DNA of 64,000 nucleotides from Paragordius varius (taxonomy: Eukaryota > Animalia > Nematomorpha): contig OZ176058.1 in NCBI GenBank assembly GCA_964247055.1, positions 1,674,001 to 1,738,000 on the forward strand, given 5' to 3'. Position 1 is the stretch's first letter. The number at the start of each line of letters is the position of its first letter. This document shows, piece by piece, positions 51,270-64,000 of the stretch. The notes under the pieces are model-generated. The model did no database searches. It had not been told where the DNA came from and was given only the letters and a program-made list of their open reading frames with translations. Position numbers and translations under genes: made by a program.

Positions 51270-52871
51270 ATGGTGGTTCTGAAAACGACAAATTCCATGT
51301 CAACAACTAAAAAAACTTTAAATAATTCTTCGCTATCTCAAAGCTCATCTGCGGCGCAAACGATTAATTTTGGAGAAGCTAAAACTGAACTGTTAGAACT
51401 CATCAAAAAACGGAAAGAAATTGCGGTATTGTTAAAATATATTTTGTTTGAATTCACACAAAAATTAGTTGTTAAAATTATATTATATAAATTATAAACA
51501 GTTGACAAATCAACTTTTTTGTCATTTAAATATTAATGTTTATTAACAATTTTTTTTTTCAATATCAAACAAATATTAAATATGTTTTTTGTCATCTTTT
51601 AATATGATAAATCAAAATTTACCTTTAATTTTTTTTAAAACTATATGTTTTTAAAAAATTTGTATTTTTAAAACCTTTAAAATTAAATTTTAAAATTCTT
51701 AATATTTTTAGGAAACCTTAGCAAATTTAGAACGACAAATTTATGCTTTTGAAGGCAGTTATTTGGAAGATACAGCACAATATGGGAATATAGTTCGCGG
51801 TTGGGATAAATATTTGTTTTCAAATAAGTAATTATTTTTTTTATATAATTTTTATGTTAATCCTTTAAATTGTTTTTGTATATCATTTTTAATTTTTACC
51901 ATATAAAGTTATTTATTCGAAACCTACTTAAATATATGATTAATATAAAATTTTGTTTTTAAACAGTATGTAAGATTTTAATGTAACATAATATTTGTTT
52001 TTCAACAAGTATTTTGTAAAAAAATAAGATAAACTTGAATTTGTAGAGGAAAATTATATCAAAAATTGAAGAGTTTATTAATTAAATGTATAATTATTCA
52101 TTTTTGCAGTAATTTGTGCAACCTTAAACCGTTTTATTTTTAAAAATAAAAATCGGTATTTTTCTTAAACAAATTAATTACTTAATTTTTTATACAAATA
52201 GTAAGTGTTTTTTTTAACCAACGATAGGTTTTATCCATAAATATCTAAAAAAGTTTTTTTAAATAATTGAGTCCATTTATTTTCTAATATTTTTTTTTAC
52301 AAATATTAAGTTTATTCTTAACTTAATAATACAAGATATATATATATATATATATATATATAATTCAAAATTTAGGATTTTTTTAAAAAATATAGTATTT
52401 CTAAAATATTACAAATTTTATTTTTTATTTTATCTATGTTAGAAATGCATTTGTCAACAAACAATCAAACTCAAACTTGTCCCAAAATGGCGGAGGTGGA
52501 TCAGGTGATCAGTCATCAGCTGTTGGCGGAAACCGAACATCCTTGAACCGGAAAAGTTTTAAAGAAAGTGAACGGCTGTTTTCGCATTCATCCATAACGT
52601 CACGTGCTGCCGTTTCCGGCGCACCCAGTGATGTTGGTAAACTATTTAAAAAATTTTGGGTTTTTGAGAGTTTCAAACTTTGAAAATTGTTTAAATTTTG
52701 AAAAATTGGTATTTGTCTTTTTTTTATAACTTTATAGTTGAGGTTATTTTCAAAATTTACAGTTTTTACTATTAAACGTTTTGAATATGAATTTTTTTGC
52801 TACTTTTTTATTGATTTATTTATATAAATTTTTTAAAAAAATAGTTTATTATATATTTATGATATAAAGAT

Positions 52872-52915
<44 letters not shown>

Positions 52916-54582
52916 ACACTTAATGATGGTACAATCGGTTTTATTCCTACAATATTAAATTTTTAAGTTTGGTTTAAAAATATTAAAATTGTTTAAGTTT
53001 TATTTTATATAGAATTAGACTCATTTAAATTTATTAATCTATTTATTTGTATAGAGTTTTTTTAAAAAAGCTATTCATTTTTTGATCTTCATAAAATGTC
53101 TTTCATGAATTTTATTGTTTAGGTCACACTTAAAACTAAAAGGCCAGTACTGTCTTTAACCTATTATAATTTAATCTTTAAACGTTTCAAAAAAAGTTTT
53201 TATTTCGGGCGAAAAATATATTCTAATATATTAATTTGTTTTAGTATTATGGTTTTTTCCATGAAATTTCTTATAATGAATTTGAAATATCCAACTTTTT
53301 GCCTGTATCTCTAATTTTCCAATAAACAGGTTCATATAGATTCATTAATAAAGAGAGATTTTTAAAATAAATATCGCTATAAAATTAAATAATCGAAAAC
53401 AAATAAAACTTAATCAACTCAGTTACTTCCAATTTTGAAGATTAATAGCTTCGATGAAAATAAAAATTATATTTACAGTTTAAATTCACCCTTGAACAAT
53501 TCAAATTCACCCTCAAACAATTCAAATTTACCCTAAAATAAAATAAGTATTTTCTAAGATTAAAAATTACATATATTTATTTATATTTTTAAATAAAATT
53601 TTGTTCAAATTTAATATAATATTGAAAAAATAATAGACTTTGCCATTAAGATATATTTCATTTGAATGATGAGTTATATTAGCTTCCCGAAAACACATAT
53701 GACGAATTTGAATTGTTTAAGGGTAAATTGAATTGTAAATGGTATATTTTGCTTTTTACCATTTTATTAAATATCATAATAAAGCATACTTTTTCGTTAG
53801 TTTGGGGTGATTTTCAAGTCCGCATAAACAGCTAAAAAATAAGTTTTAAATCTATTCATATTTTAAATGAAATTTGATTAAAAAATCAATATCACTTTTT
53901 TTAAAAAAAATGTCATGATGTAGTTGGCGTTACTATACTTAAAATTGATTAATTATGAGATTTTTTAACCATTTTTGAAATTTAACAAAATTAAAGTTAA
54001 ATTCTTGTAAAATGATAATTTTGATTTAAATTTTCCATTTTATTCTTTTAATAAAAGTGTAAAATTGAATTAGTTTTAACCATTTTTGAAATTTAACAAA
54101 ATTAGAGTTTAATTTTTCTAATATCAATTTTGATTTATATTTTCCATTTTATTCTTTTAATAAAAGTGTAAAATAATTATTAGATTTTTTAACCATTTTT
54201 GAAATTTGACAAATTAGAGTTTAATTCTTCTATTATATAAATTTTGATTTAAATTTTCCATTTTATTATTTTAATAAAAGTGTTAAATTTAATTATGAGA
54301 TTTTTTATTAACATATATCTAACTTACATAGAAATATCTGGATATGGTAACCATACTCAACCACAAACCACTGTACAAAAAGGTTCTAACTCAACTGATT
54401 TTGTTAATAGTGAAACAAGCAAAGACATTATTGGAAATATTTCTACTATTTCCAAAGGAAATAAACACACTTACGAAGAAATTAACTCTGTTAATTATAA
54501 TGATCCTAATAATAACTTAAATATTGCCACCCCTTCAAATAATGGTAGTGTTAAGCGGTTTAAAAAACCCAGATATCGATAA
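51270..54582 (+). CDS. MEAF6: Chromatin modification-related protein MEAF6/Eaf6 (NuA4 and MOZ/HBO1 subunit), ~238 aa
   Basis: Exons 51270-51425, 51712-51827, 52443-52636 and 54332-54582, phase-consistent. [13 protein letters not shown]|[34 protein letters not shown] and [12 protein letters not shown] are Eaf6 hallmark motifs. The last exon is less certain; an alternative start is at 51297. Confidence 0.9.
53960..54300. repeat. ~110 bp tandem repeat, 3 copies, in MEAF6 intron 3
   Basis: TTTTAACCATTTTTGAAATTT recurs at ~53965, 54075 and 54189. Confidence 0.85.
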
Positions 54583-55333
54583 AAAAATTTCTTTTTATCG
54601 ATAAAAATTATTTCCAAAAGCGAAATAATTCTTTAAGAATACATAGTTTTAGAATAAATGTAAAATCATAAATGTGTAATTTATTAAAATAAATTATATT
54701 TTATTTGTTCAAATCAACAAAACAACTTTATGTGTATATACCATTTAAAATTTAAATTCAACCTTAAACAGTTCAAATTCACACTTGAACAATTCTAATT
54801 CACCTCGAACAATTAATAACTTAAACATTACCACCCCTTCAAATAATGGTAGTGTTAAGCGGTTTAAAAAACCCAGATATCGATGAAATAAACCTTTTAA
54901 ATGACAAATTATTTCCAAAAGCGAAATAATTCTTTAAGATTACATAGTTGTAGAATAAACAATGTATAATAATAAATGATAAATTAATATTTAAATAAAT
55001 TTATTTTAATATCTATTATAAATCAATAAAAAGCAAGTTTATGTATATGTATTAACCATTTAAAATTTAAATTCAAACTTAAACAGTTCACTCTTGAACA
55101 ATTCAAATTCACCTCGAACAATTAATAATTTAAACACTGCCACCCCTTCAAATAATGGTAGTGTTAAGCGGTTTATAAAACCAAGATATCGATAAAAAAA
55201 CTCTTTTTAAATGACAAATTATTTCCAAAAGCGAAATAGATTACATAGTTGTAGAATATATGTAAAATAATAAATGTAAAATAATAAATTTTAAAATAAA
55301 TTTATTTTAATGAACGAAAATTTTATATATATG

Positions 55334-55360
<27 letters not shown>
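54505..55360 (+). repeat. ~305 bp tandem triplication of the MEAF6 last codons, 3' UTR and a MITE end
   Basis: CCACCCCTTCAAATAATGGTAGTGTTAAGCGGTTT recurs at ~54527, 54831 and 55140. Confidence 0.9.
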
Positions 55361-55366
<6 letters not shown>

Positions 55367-55368
<2 letters not shown>

Positions 55369-55635
55369 ATTTACAATTTATAACCCTTAAACAGTTTAAA
55401 TTCATCCTTGAACAATTGAAATTCACCCTTGACAATTTAAGTTCAATAAATTATGCTATTTTAATATTAATTAATACCTATATTTTATATTTTAATTAAA
55501 TTTAAAAAAATACTAAAAAAATACTAAAATATGCCATAAAAATATATTTCGTATTAATAATGAGTTATATAATACCCTGAATTTGAATTGTTCAAGGGTG
55601 AAGAATTGTTCGATGGTGAATTTGAACTGTAATGG
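55367..55635. mobile_element. CCATTTACA-family MITE in (TA)n
   Basis: TA|CCATTTACAAT...ACTGTAATGG|TA. Confidence 0.75.
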
Positions 55636-57408
55636 TATATATATTTCATGTCTTATAAATTTTATTGTCAAATTTGTGAGACTTCTCCGTAGAATACCAA
55701 AATATTTTGGCTTAAGCTATTTAAGAAAATTATTTGTAATAATTTAATTAACTAAATAACTGCTTCATGAATTTTTGATGTCATAAGTCAAATAAAATTT
55801 TAGCACACTTATTGACCAAAAATAGTTAACCAACTCCTTAATCATTTGTAATAATAAGGGTTTGAATAGTCTAAACTACTATATTTTTATGTAAATTTTA
55901 AATATTTTATATTATTTATCAAACACAATTCAAATGTGGTTGATAACACTATTAAAAGCAATACAATTGGAAAAAAAAATTGTTTAGTTAATTAAGGTTT
56001 GAATTTTAAGTTGCTGATAGTTAATATTAACTAATGTTTATCATTTAAATTAATAATGTAAATACTGAAATTATACGGACAAAACGAATAAATAAAAAGC
56101 TAATATATTTTTTTTCAAAAGACATCCATATTTTTTTAATATTACTCATTGTTTTAAACTGCGAAGTATAAAATGTATAAGCATATCTAAATTATTTTAA
56201 ATTTATAGTTACATAATATTTTATGAGCTAAGGTTCAAAAATCTAGGGTTGTCTTTTAAAAAAAATATTTGTCTTTATTTTTACCTATTTTGCGTATAAT
56301 TTCAAATTTTACTATATATTGGATGGAATGAAACTCAAAAATTATATCGTATTTGCTAATATATTTACACATTTTTATCAATTTCGACTGTTAAAACTTC
56401 TATTTGTTACAAAAATATAATTATATTTGTTCAAATTATGATTGCCTTTAAATTACTGCTACAGATCAGTTATGAATTAAAATAGTCGAAATTACATCTT
56501 AAGGGCAGCATAAAAAATTAAGAGAAAAGTTTAATTGTATTCCTATAAAAATTCACTGAGAATCAAATCATGGATAAAACCGTCCTATAAAAGCATTCAA
56601 TGCCTAATAATAGCAATAAATACCACATCATCCTATTCAACTGTTTTATTGATTCAAAATTAGTGTTAATAAAAAATTAAATCACATACATCTATATCCT
56701 TATGAGGTTAATCATTATTTTTATTCAAAATATCTTTTCAGTTTGAATCTTTAATTTTAACAATTAATCTTAATTTGTTATCGATGTGACACCATACTAT
56801 TTTCGACCAAAGCATATATGAGTTGCAACATATTTGTTTAAAAACAATCATATTTTATGAAAATTGACACCTTTTTTACGGCAAGTCTTTTTGATGAAAA
56901 TTTGCCTTTAATGTTAAAATACCTTAAGAAATAATTAAAGTGGAATGTTTAACTTGTTTATAAAGGATGCATAGTCAGTATTTATGCATTTATTAAATGA
57001 GCTTTTAAAATTTTTTTAGATGAAGTTAATGTGCAAATTCGAAAAGATTACCAACATTATTTAAACCAGTTAAACATTTTTTAAAAAAGGAAAATAATAA
57101 AAATTACTTACCAAAATCATAATTATCAATAAAACACAATGACAATGAAAGTTATTGTCTGTATAAGAACTATTTGACCACACTTTGACAATTTTTAAAG
57201 AAAGTTATTATTTAAAGGTTATATATTTGTCAAGGGATATCAAAATATTTTTTATAACAAAGATAACAATGAAAATTTTATTTAAAATGCTTAATAACCA
57301 GAAATAACAACCGTAAAGACCGATTTTTAAATTGAAAAATATAGCAAAATATGTTTTTGATCATATAATTATTTAAAGTTTTTCTTAACACTGCGTCCTA
57401 AATCGGAC

Positions 57409-57431
57409 GGGGGGGGGGGGGGGGGGGGGGG
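57409..57431 (+). repeat. Poly-G tract (~23 nt)
   Basis: Uninterrupted G run following TTAACACTGCGTCCTAAATCGGAC. Confidence 0.85.
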
Positions 57432-60400
57432 ATAAACTGATCATATATATATATAATTATATAGTCTGATAGAAAAATGATTTCCGCACATATTTTTTCA
57501 TAGAATATTTGGAGGCTTCATTCCAAAATAAAGTATATCTTAAACTATATATAAAAAGCAAAATAATATTTTCAAAAAATTTAATTTTTAGATGTGGGCT
57601 CAGAAAGTCTTAAATACATCCCTTTTCTAAAATGGGCTAGTTATCCTCAATTAATCGCAAAAATGCCACGATTGTGCGGGAAAAATATTTAATATATGCT
57701 AAATTTTGTTATTAGCTAAAAATATTTTAAAAATGCATACTTTTAAAAAATTTAAAAATGCATACTTTTTTAAAAAATTTTAATTGTTAGCAAAATTTTG
57801 CAGAATCCTACATCAAACTATTTTGAGGCATAGTGGAAACGGTTTAAAAACGCTTATAAACACTTTTTCTATTTAATTTGAAAATGCTAGTTTCTACCAC
57901 CTAGAATTATGATTTAAAGATTTGTTTGTTTTCAAACTTGGTAAAGGTGTAAAAACACAATTTATAAATTTGAATGGCAAATATTTAAAAATTCTAGGCT
58001 GATGGAAATGTCTAGAATATTTAAATTTAAATGAAGTTTTACAAGTAATGCGTTTTAAAATTATTATAAAATGCGCTTTAATAAATCAATTTTGAGCATT
58101 TTTCATAAAATAATGATATCAAATATTATCATATATATTACTTTTTTCGCGCAATCCCGGGGTTTTTGCGTTTGTTTTAAGGTAACTAGCCCATTTTAAA
58201 TAAGTGAAAAAGTTTGGGACTTTCAAAGCCAAAAAGCCCACATTTTATATGCTTAGTGATAATTATGTAATGAAGCCGTTAGCTTTTTAAATTTATATAA
58301 AACAAATTTTGAACATTAAAAGATAGTTTTCTATATAATTTGATGTTGATTTATGTTTGTATTAATATTTGTCCTCTCTCTTAGGCAAAAATTCGTAAAT
58401 TACTATTTGTATTAACACAATTAATTTCAATTTAAAAAATATTTAGATCTCGAATTGTATAGAGAAGGGATTTTTATCACGTTTCAAAATATCATATGCT
58501 TAGATATTTGCTAAAACTTAACCAAGGTATGCTTTTTTATGTCATAACTAGCATAAAATTGCACTAGGCAATCAAGAAAAGTAGCCTATTTTAACGGCGT
58601 TTTAATATAAGATTTTTGCATCCCACGTCTGGGATTTAATATAAGTTCCTTTTTTAAAAACTATTTAATTATATATTACACAGCATCCACAAAAAAATAA
58701 CCAGATGAAATATTTATATGGAAAATTGGATTATCAGATTGCTTTTGGTTTTGATGATATAATAAAGTTATCAAAACATTTGTGGTATGTGCTCCATTTC
58801 AGAAAATAACAAATTTGCTCACATCTTTATAATAAAAATTTTTGATGAAAGGCAGAGGTTCCAAAAAATATTACTAAAATAATTATGAACTACATGTAAA
58901 ACAAAAACAGTATTTCAAAAAATTTAATTTTTAGATGGGGGCTCCGATAGCCAAATTTTTTCCTCCTCTAAAATGGGCTTGTTCTTTTAATATAAACGCA
59001 AAAATGCTGGTATTGGGCGATAAAAAATATTTTATGTGTTGAATTTTGATATAATCCAAATATAATGTTAAAAAGCATACTTTTTCAAAAATTTAAAATT
59101 TAGCAAAATTTTGTTCAAGCGTACTTTAAACTACTTTGTTTAATACCTTATACACTTTTTATATATAAGTTGATAATGCTGAATATTTCTAACACCTCAA
59201 AACATTGATATTATCATTCGTAAATTTATGTTAAAAAATTTTGTTTTTTTCCAAAAATGCTAAACATCTATTTATTTTGAAGCGAGAGAAATCTTTATCA
59301 TTAAATTGTATATAAAACGAGTGATTTTGTGGCTCAAAATAGTACAAAGTAAGTTCAAAATAATTCTGCTAAAATTTATATTTTGAAAAAGAATATGCAT
59401 TTTTACAAAAAAATTTTCAAATGATATCAAAAAGCATATATTTATTTCCATATTTGTCGCGCAACCCGATACTTTAACCTTATTTTAAAAGGATTGAACC
59501 ATTTTAATAGAGAAAAAATTTGGAACTTGAGTCCACGTCTAAAAACTTATTTTTTTGAAAATACTGTTTTTCTTTTTAAATGTAATTTATAATATTTTAT
59601 TGTAATATTTGGAATGAATCCTCTAGTTTTCAATAAAAAATAATATTAAAAATGTGCGCAAATCACTAAAAAAGTGTAAATAACTTTGTTCGTAACGATC
59701 GAAACCAAGAGCATCTTGATAATCCTGATACATTTTCCTATCAGATTATCTCTCTATATATATGTATTTTTATACCCCCAATTTTCCTAATGTTAAGTGT
59801 TTAGCTTTGACCGAAAAATTTATTGCATAATTTGCCAAAATTTCAAGTTTCCGTATGGAGCAAGTATTGTAAAAGTGAAAAAAATCCTTACCACTTCATT
59901 CAAATTAGGGTATCTGAATACCTTAGACTATATTCAAGCCGATATAATAAAAAACCCTTATTTAAATTTATGCTTCTATCCTAATAAAATTATATAAATT
60001 ATCCAAATATAATTTAGTTCTAAAAAAATCTTCCCGATATGACTTTTACGTCGCCACTTTTATTTTGAACGATTTTTGCATCGTGTTTATTAGAATCCAA
60101 TGCTAATCTTTTATAAAACTCACATATAATTAAATGAAAAAAATGGTTTAATTCTATTATTTATATTATAAACCAATTCATACATTATGTGACAAAATTT
60201 TAACCATTCGGTTTTACCTTGTAATCAAGTTTTCTGAATAGTTTTTTTATATTTTGGTTCAATGTTGTAAAACTTTTGTCAAAGTTACTAGGTATTCCTT
60301 ATTTTTTAAAAAAATTAAATTTAAAAACCTGGGGTTTCCAACCACCCCAATTTGAATCAAAGGACTGAAATGTATGTGGTATATCCAAGTGCTGATATAA

Positions 60401-60666
60401 ACACAAACCGGGATTGCGCTATTAAAAAAATTTAAATATGCAAAGTTTTGATATCAATTAAAATATTAAAAAATGCATACTTTTTCTAAAATAAAATTTT
60501 TGTTGAAGCATACCTCATACAATTTGAGGCATAAGCCGTAAATTAAGATTTACTAAACACTTTTTGCACATAATTATATCATGCTAACATTTCCCTTCAG
60601 GATTATGATTAAAATATTCGTTCGTCTTCAAATTGCTTAAATATTGCTTAATTCAGCAAAATTTAA

Positions 60667-61239
60667 CACTTGGATACAACACATTCATTTTAGTCCTTCT
60701 ATTCAAATTGGGGTAGTAAAATAGCCCAGGCTTGTTTAAAATTAAATTCTTTAAAAAATATGAAAGGAATCCACACCATTGCAAAATTTAGCACTTATAT
60801 AACATTAATAAACCGAACTATATCAAAAGTTTTATTCAAAAATACTTGATATTACTTATTTTAAGCTAAAAGCGATAGGTAAAAATTTAGTCAACGTGAC
60901 ATCTGGGCAATGGTAAAATTGAAAAATAATACAAAATAAACGGCTTTTTCTATTTTTCTCAATGTTATATGTAATTTAAATGTAATATTAGTTTTAATTT
61001 TACCCTTAAAACTAAATGAAGACGATATTTTGCAACAATATTAAATAAAAATGGCGTCGAAGTAGTTTGAGATGGAACTTTTTTTTCAATATAAAATTTA
61101 GATATTTTGGTATATTTATTTAATTTTTCTTATGATAGAAGCATAATTTTAAACTGGGACCGTTTCATTCAGTAGTTTTTTAAAATTCTAATTTAAATTT
61201 AGTCTGGGGTATTTAGATACCCCAATTTGATTCGAAGTG
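60667..61239. mobile_element. piggyBac-like MITE (TTAA-flanked)
   Basis: TTAA|CACTTGG...TTCGAAGTG|TTAA. Confidence 0.75.
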
Positions 61240-61970
61240 TTAATGTAAACGAATGTTTAGATAAAATTTTGAAGCGATAGAAAGGTTCAGCAATATTGAA
61301 TTATATAGCAAAATGTTTTTATAATATCATGCACTTTTATGCCTCAAAATAGTATAAAGTATTTCCAACATAACTTTGCAAAAAATCAAATTTAATTATG
61401 CACTTTTTAAAAATATTTTTTATGCAAAACTATTTAGTATAATTGAATTTTAATGGCGCAATCTTTGTATTTTTGGGTTTATTTTATGTGAACTAACCCA
61501 TTTTAAAAGAGCGAAAAATTGAGGACTTTCGAAGCCCACATATAAAATTATATTTTAAAAAAATACGGTTGTGCTTTTTATAAATAGGTTATGATATATT
61601 TTAGTGTTTAGAATCAAGGCTTAGCTTTCATTAAAAAATAAAAAAAATGAGCGCGACTTTTACCATCAGTGATATAGACCGCCTTCCAGAAAAGTGTAAA
61701 GAGATTTTCATATCACTCGAAAGGTTTAAGACCAAAATTTTCATACACCATATACTTTCTACAGAAAAAATATATTTTATCAAGTTTTTTCTTATACCTT
61801 CCGATTTTGAACGCATTGTAATGATGTATAAAATTTTTATTTTTGATTGTCGATTATTGCCTTAAATGACCGCATTTATCCGCAATTCGCTTTGGCTGGT
61901 TTTATGTTTTTTAGCGATTTTACATCATTTTAACTGTTAAGTTAGATAATTTCTTTATATAATCTTGTAG

Positions 61971-63141
61971 AAAATGGTTAATATTTGAAAAAATCCAGAA
62001 AATAACATTTTTAAGGTCATATTTAGTTAACTATTAGACATATGTACATTCTTTGGGCGAATCGACATATGAAACCCGCAAAATTTGAAAATAATCAAGA
62101 CGAAATTTATGCAAAATTTTATTTATCTTTTCTGTGTGATATCTTATTGGATGACTCCAATATTTATCAAGTACTAAAATTTAATAAATTTAATTAAAAT
62201 ATAGAAAGACGTCCCAAATTTACCCACCGATGAATTCGAAAACTATAAAACAGCCATATTAAAACTAATTTTATCATATAAAGAATCTGATATTAACCTT
62301 GGAATAAAAAATGGTAAAAACAGTCCAGATTTTGAGTTACCCGTTGTGAATAAAGATATTTTATACAAAAATTTGGACACCTACCTTTGTAAATGGTTAA
62401 ATTTACTGATATCAAATGATTTATTAACTAATCTCAAAGACGAATTGTCAAAATCCAAAGCATTAAATCCTGAGAAAAACGATTGTTTGACAAAAGAGAC
62501 CAGTTTTACTGAATTGGAAAACTTTTCCATTATTCAAAATATTAAAGATGATTTCAATAGTCCTCATTTATTATCAAATTCAACTTGTCCACAAAAACTT
62601 ACAAATTCAGAAATATGTAAAGGACTAAAAAGCTTATTACCAAAATATCAAAGTTTACTGTTTGATATAAAAACCATACCGATGCAACAATCTAATTTTC
62701 TGCAATACCTTAAAAACGAAGATATGGTATAATTTTAATAAATATAAATATGGGTAAAAATAAATATGGGTAATATCATTTTGTGCATTACGTAATTTAA
62801 TGTTTTATAATGAATTTATATATAAATCAATACGAAACTAAATATTATTAATTTTTATATACATTATTTTTTCTTGTTTAAATTGATTTTTTACCTTTTA
62901 ACATTTAAATTTAAAATTAGATATGCTCTGAAAATATTTTTTTATTATAATTTTTAATTTGAAATATTAGGATTTACCATTTAATTTTCTATTATAATAT
63001 ATTCATTCAGGATTTAAGTTTGAAACATACGGAACTCATAAATCAGTATAAAAGTAAATGTGAATTTCAAATGAAGTTTATGGATGAGAATTGCATTCAA
63101 ATACTAAAATCCAAAGCCAAAGCCTTGGCTGAAAAAGATAA
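61971..63141 (+). CDS. Unidentified multi-exon protein-coding gene, partial (5' start unresolved, continues past 63141)
   Basis: Phase-consistent exons 61971-62015, 62038-62170, 62205-62726 and 63011-63141, with GT-AG introns of 22, 34 and 284 nt. Reads KWLIFEKIQKITFLR|HMYILWANRHMKP...NIYQ|KDVPNLP...KNEDM|DLSLKHTELINQY...AEKD. No family recognised. Confidence 0.75.
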
Positions 63142-63202
63142 GTAATTATAATTTTCGAGTTTTAAAAAATGAAATTTTTTAGAAATTATTATTTTTAATA
63201 AT

Positions 63203-63855
63203 TACAGTTCAAATTCACCCTCGAAAGAATTCGAATTCAAAATTATTTCTTTTTAAACTAATAAAACTTATTAATAATATATGGCATAGTTTATATTTTT
63301 TCAGTATTATTTTAATTTTATACAAGTTTTATTTTTTTAAATATAAAAAAATATGATAATTTATTTGAGGATGAATGTGAATTAGGGTGAGTTTGAATTG
63401 TTTAAGGATGAATTTGAATTATAAATGGTATATTTTTAACGGGGTTTATGTGGTAAATTATTAATTATATATATATATATATATATAGTTTTGGTATTAA
63501 AATTTAAGCAAAATTTAGATTTGATTTGATATTAATAAAAAAAGTTTATATAATTTTTTCCGTGTTTTTTTCATTTATTTTTGGGACGCTTATATACCAT
63601 TTACATTTCAAATTTACCTTTTAAAAACTCAAATTTAAAACAATTGAAATTCACCCTAAAAATAAATTATGTCTGTTTGAACTAATAAACCTTTTTATAA
63701 TATATGAATAGTTTATTATTTTTTCAATATGATTTTAATTTAAAACAAAATTTTATTTTTTAAAAATATAAAAAATATGAGTGATTTTTAATCTAAAAAA
63801 CTTATAATTTTTTTGAGGGTGAATGCGAATTGTTTAAGGGTAAATTTGAATATGG
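63203..63855. mobile_element. Two tandem CCATTTACA-family MITEs with duplicated flank and (TA)n
   Basis: About 63203-63428 (left end eroded) and 63597-63855. Both are followed by TTTTTAACGGGGTTTA...(TA)n. Confidence 0.7.
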
Positions 63856-63884
63856 TATATAATTTTTAACGGGGTTTATATGGT

Positions 63885-63923
<39 letters not shown>

Positions 63924-64000
63924 TTTGGTATTTATATTTAAGCAAAATCTATATCTGGTTTAATATTAATAAAAAAAAGTTTATATATTTTTTTAGTCTT

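Noticed and set aside
55700-60600. Coding potential in the intergenic stretch (e.g. ORF 59797-59997)
   Set aside because: It consists of degenerate inverted-repeat MITE modules, with no recognisable motifs or consistent splice phases.
61647-61865. ORF as the first exon of the downstream gene
   Set aside because: Several splice paths are possible (including an implausible 16 nt intron) and none is uniquely supported, so it is left unresolved.

Overview
Very AT-rich eukaryotic, probably animal, genomic DNA. The right third holds three intron-containing host genes: an ATG8-family gene (GABARAPL2-like, minus, 4 exons, 45410-51061), a divergent MEAF6/Eaf6 gene (plus, 4 exons, 51270-54582) and part of an unidentified gene (plus, from ~61971). 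The left ~45 kb is a tandem segmental array of at least 4 units. Each unit ends in a copy of the ATG8 terminal exon (1 intact, 3 decayed), and most carry a candidate secreted-protein gene and a decayed multi-exon gene. The units are layered with DNA transposons (two hAT families, one Tc1/IS630-like element, several MITE families), an RTE LINE fragment and a tRNA-derived SINE. Host genes mix 22-34 nt introns with kb-size introns. The top finding is the 3.24 kb Tc1-like element (1511-4751). Its apparent 160-162 bp tandem repeat resolves into micro-exon pairs separated by 22-24 nt phase-1 GT-AG introns, which splice in frame into an acidic 38-aa repeat fused to the transposase N-terminus (12 tiny introns in total). 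This element and the hAT-2 family both carry inverted copies of their own transposase sequence near the 3' end. All analysis was done by eye; no database searches were run.
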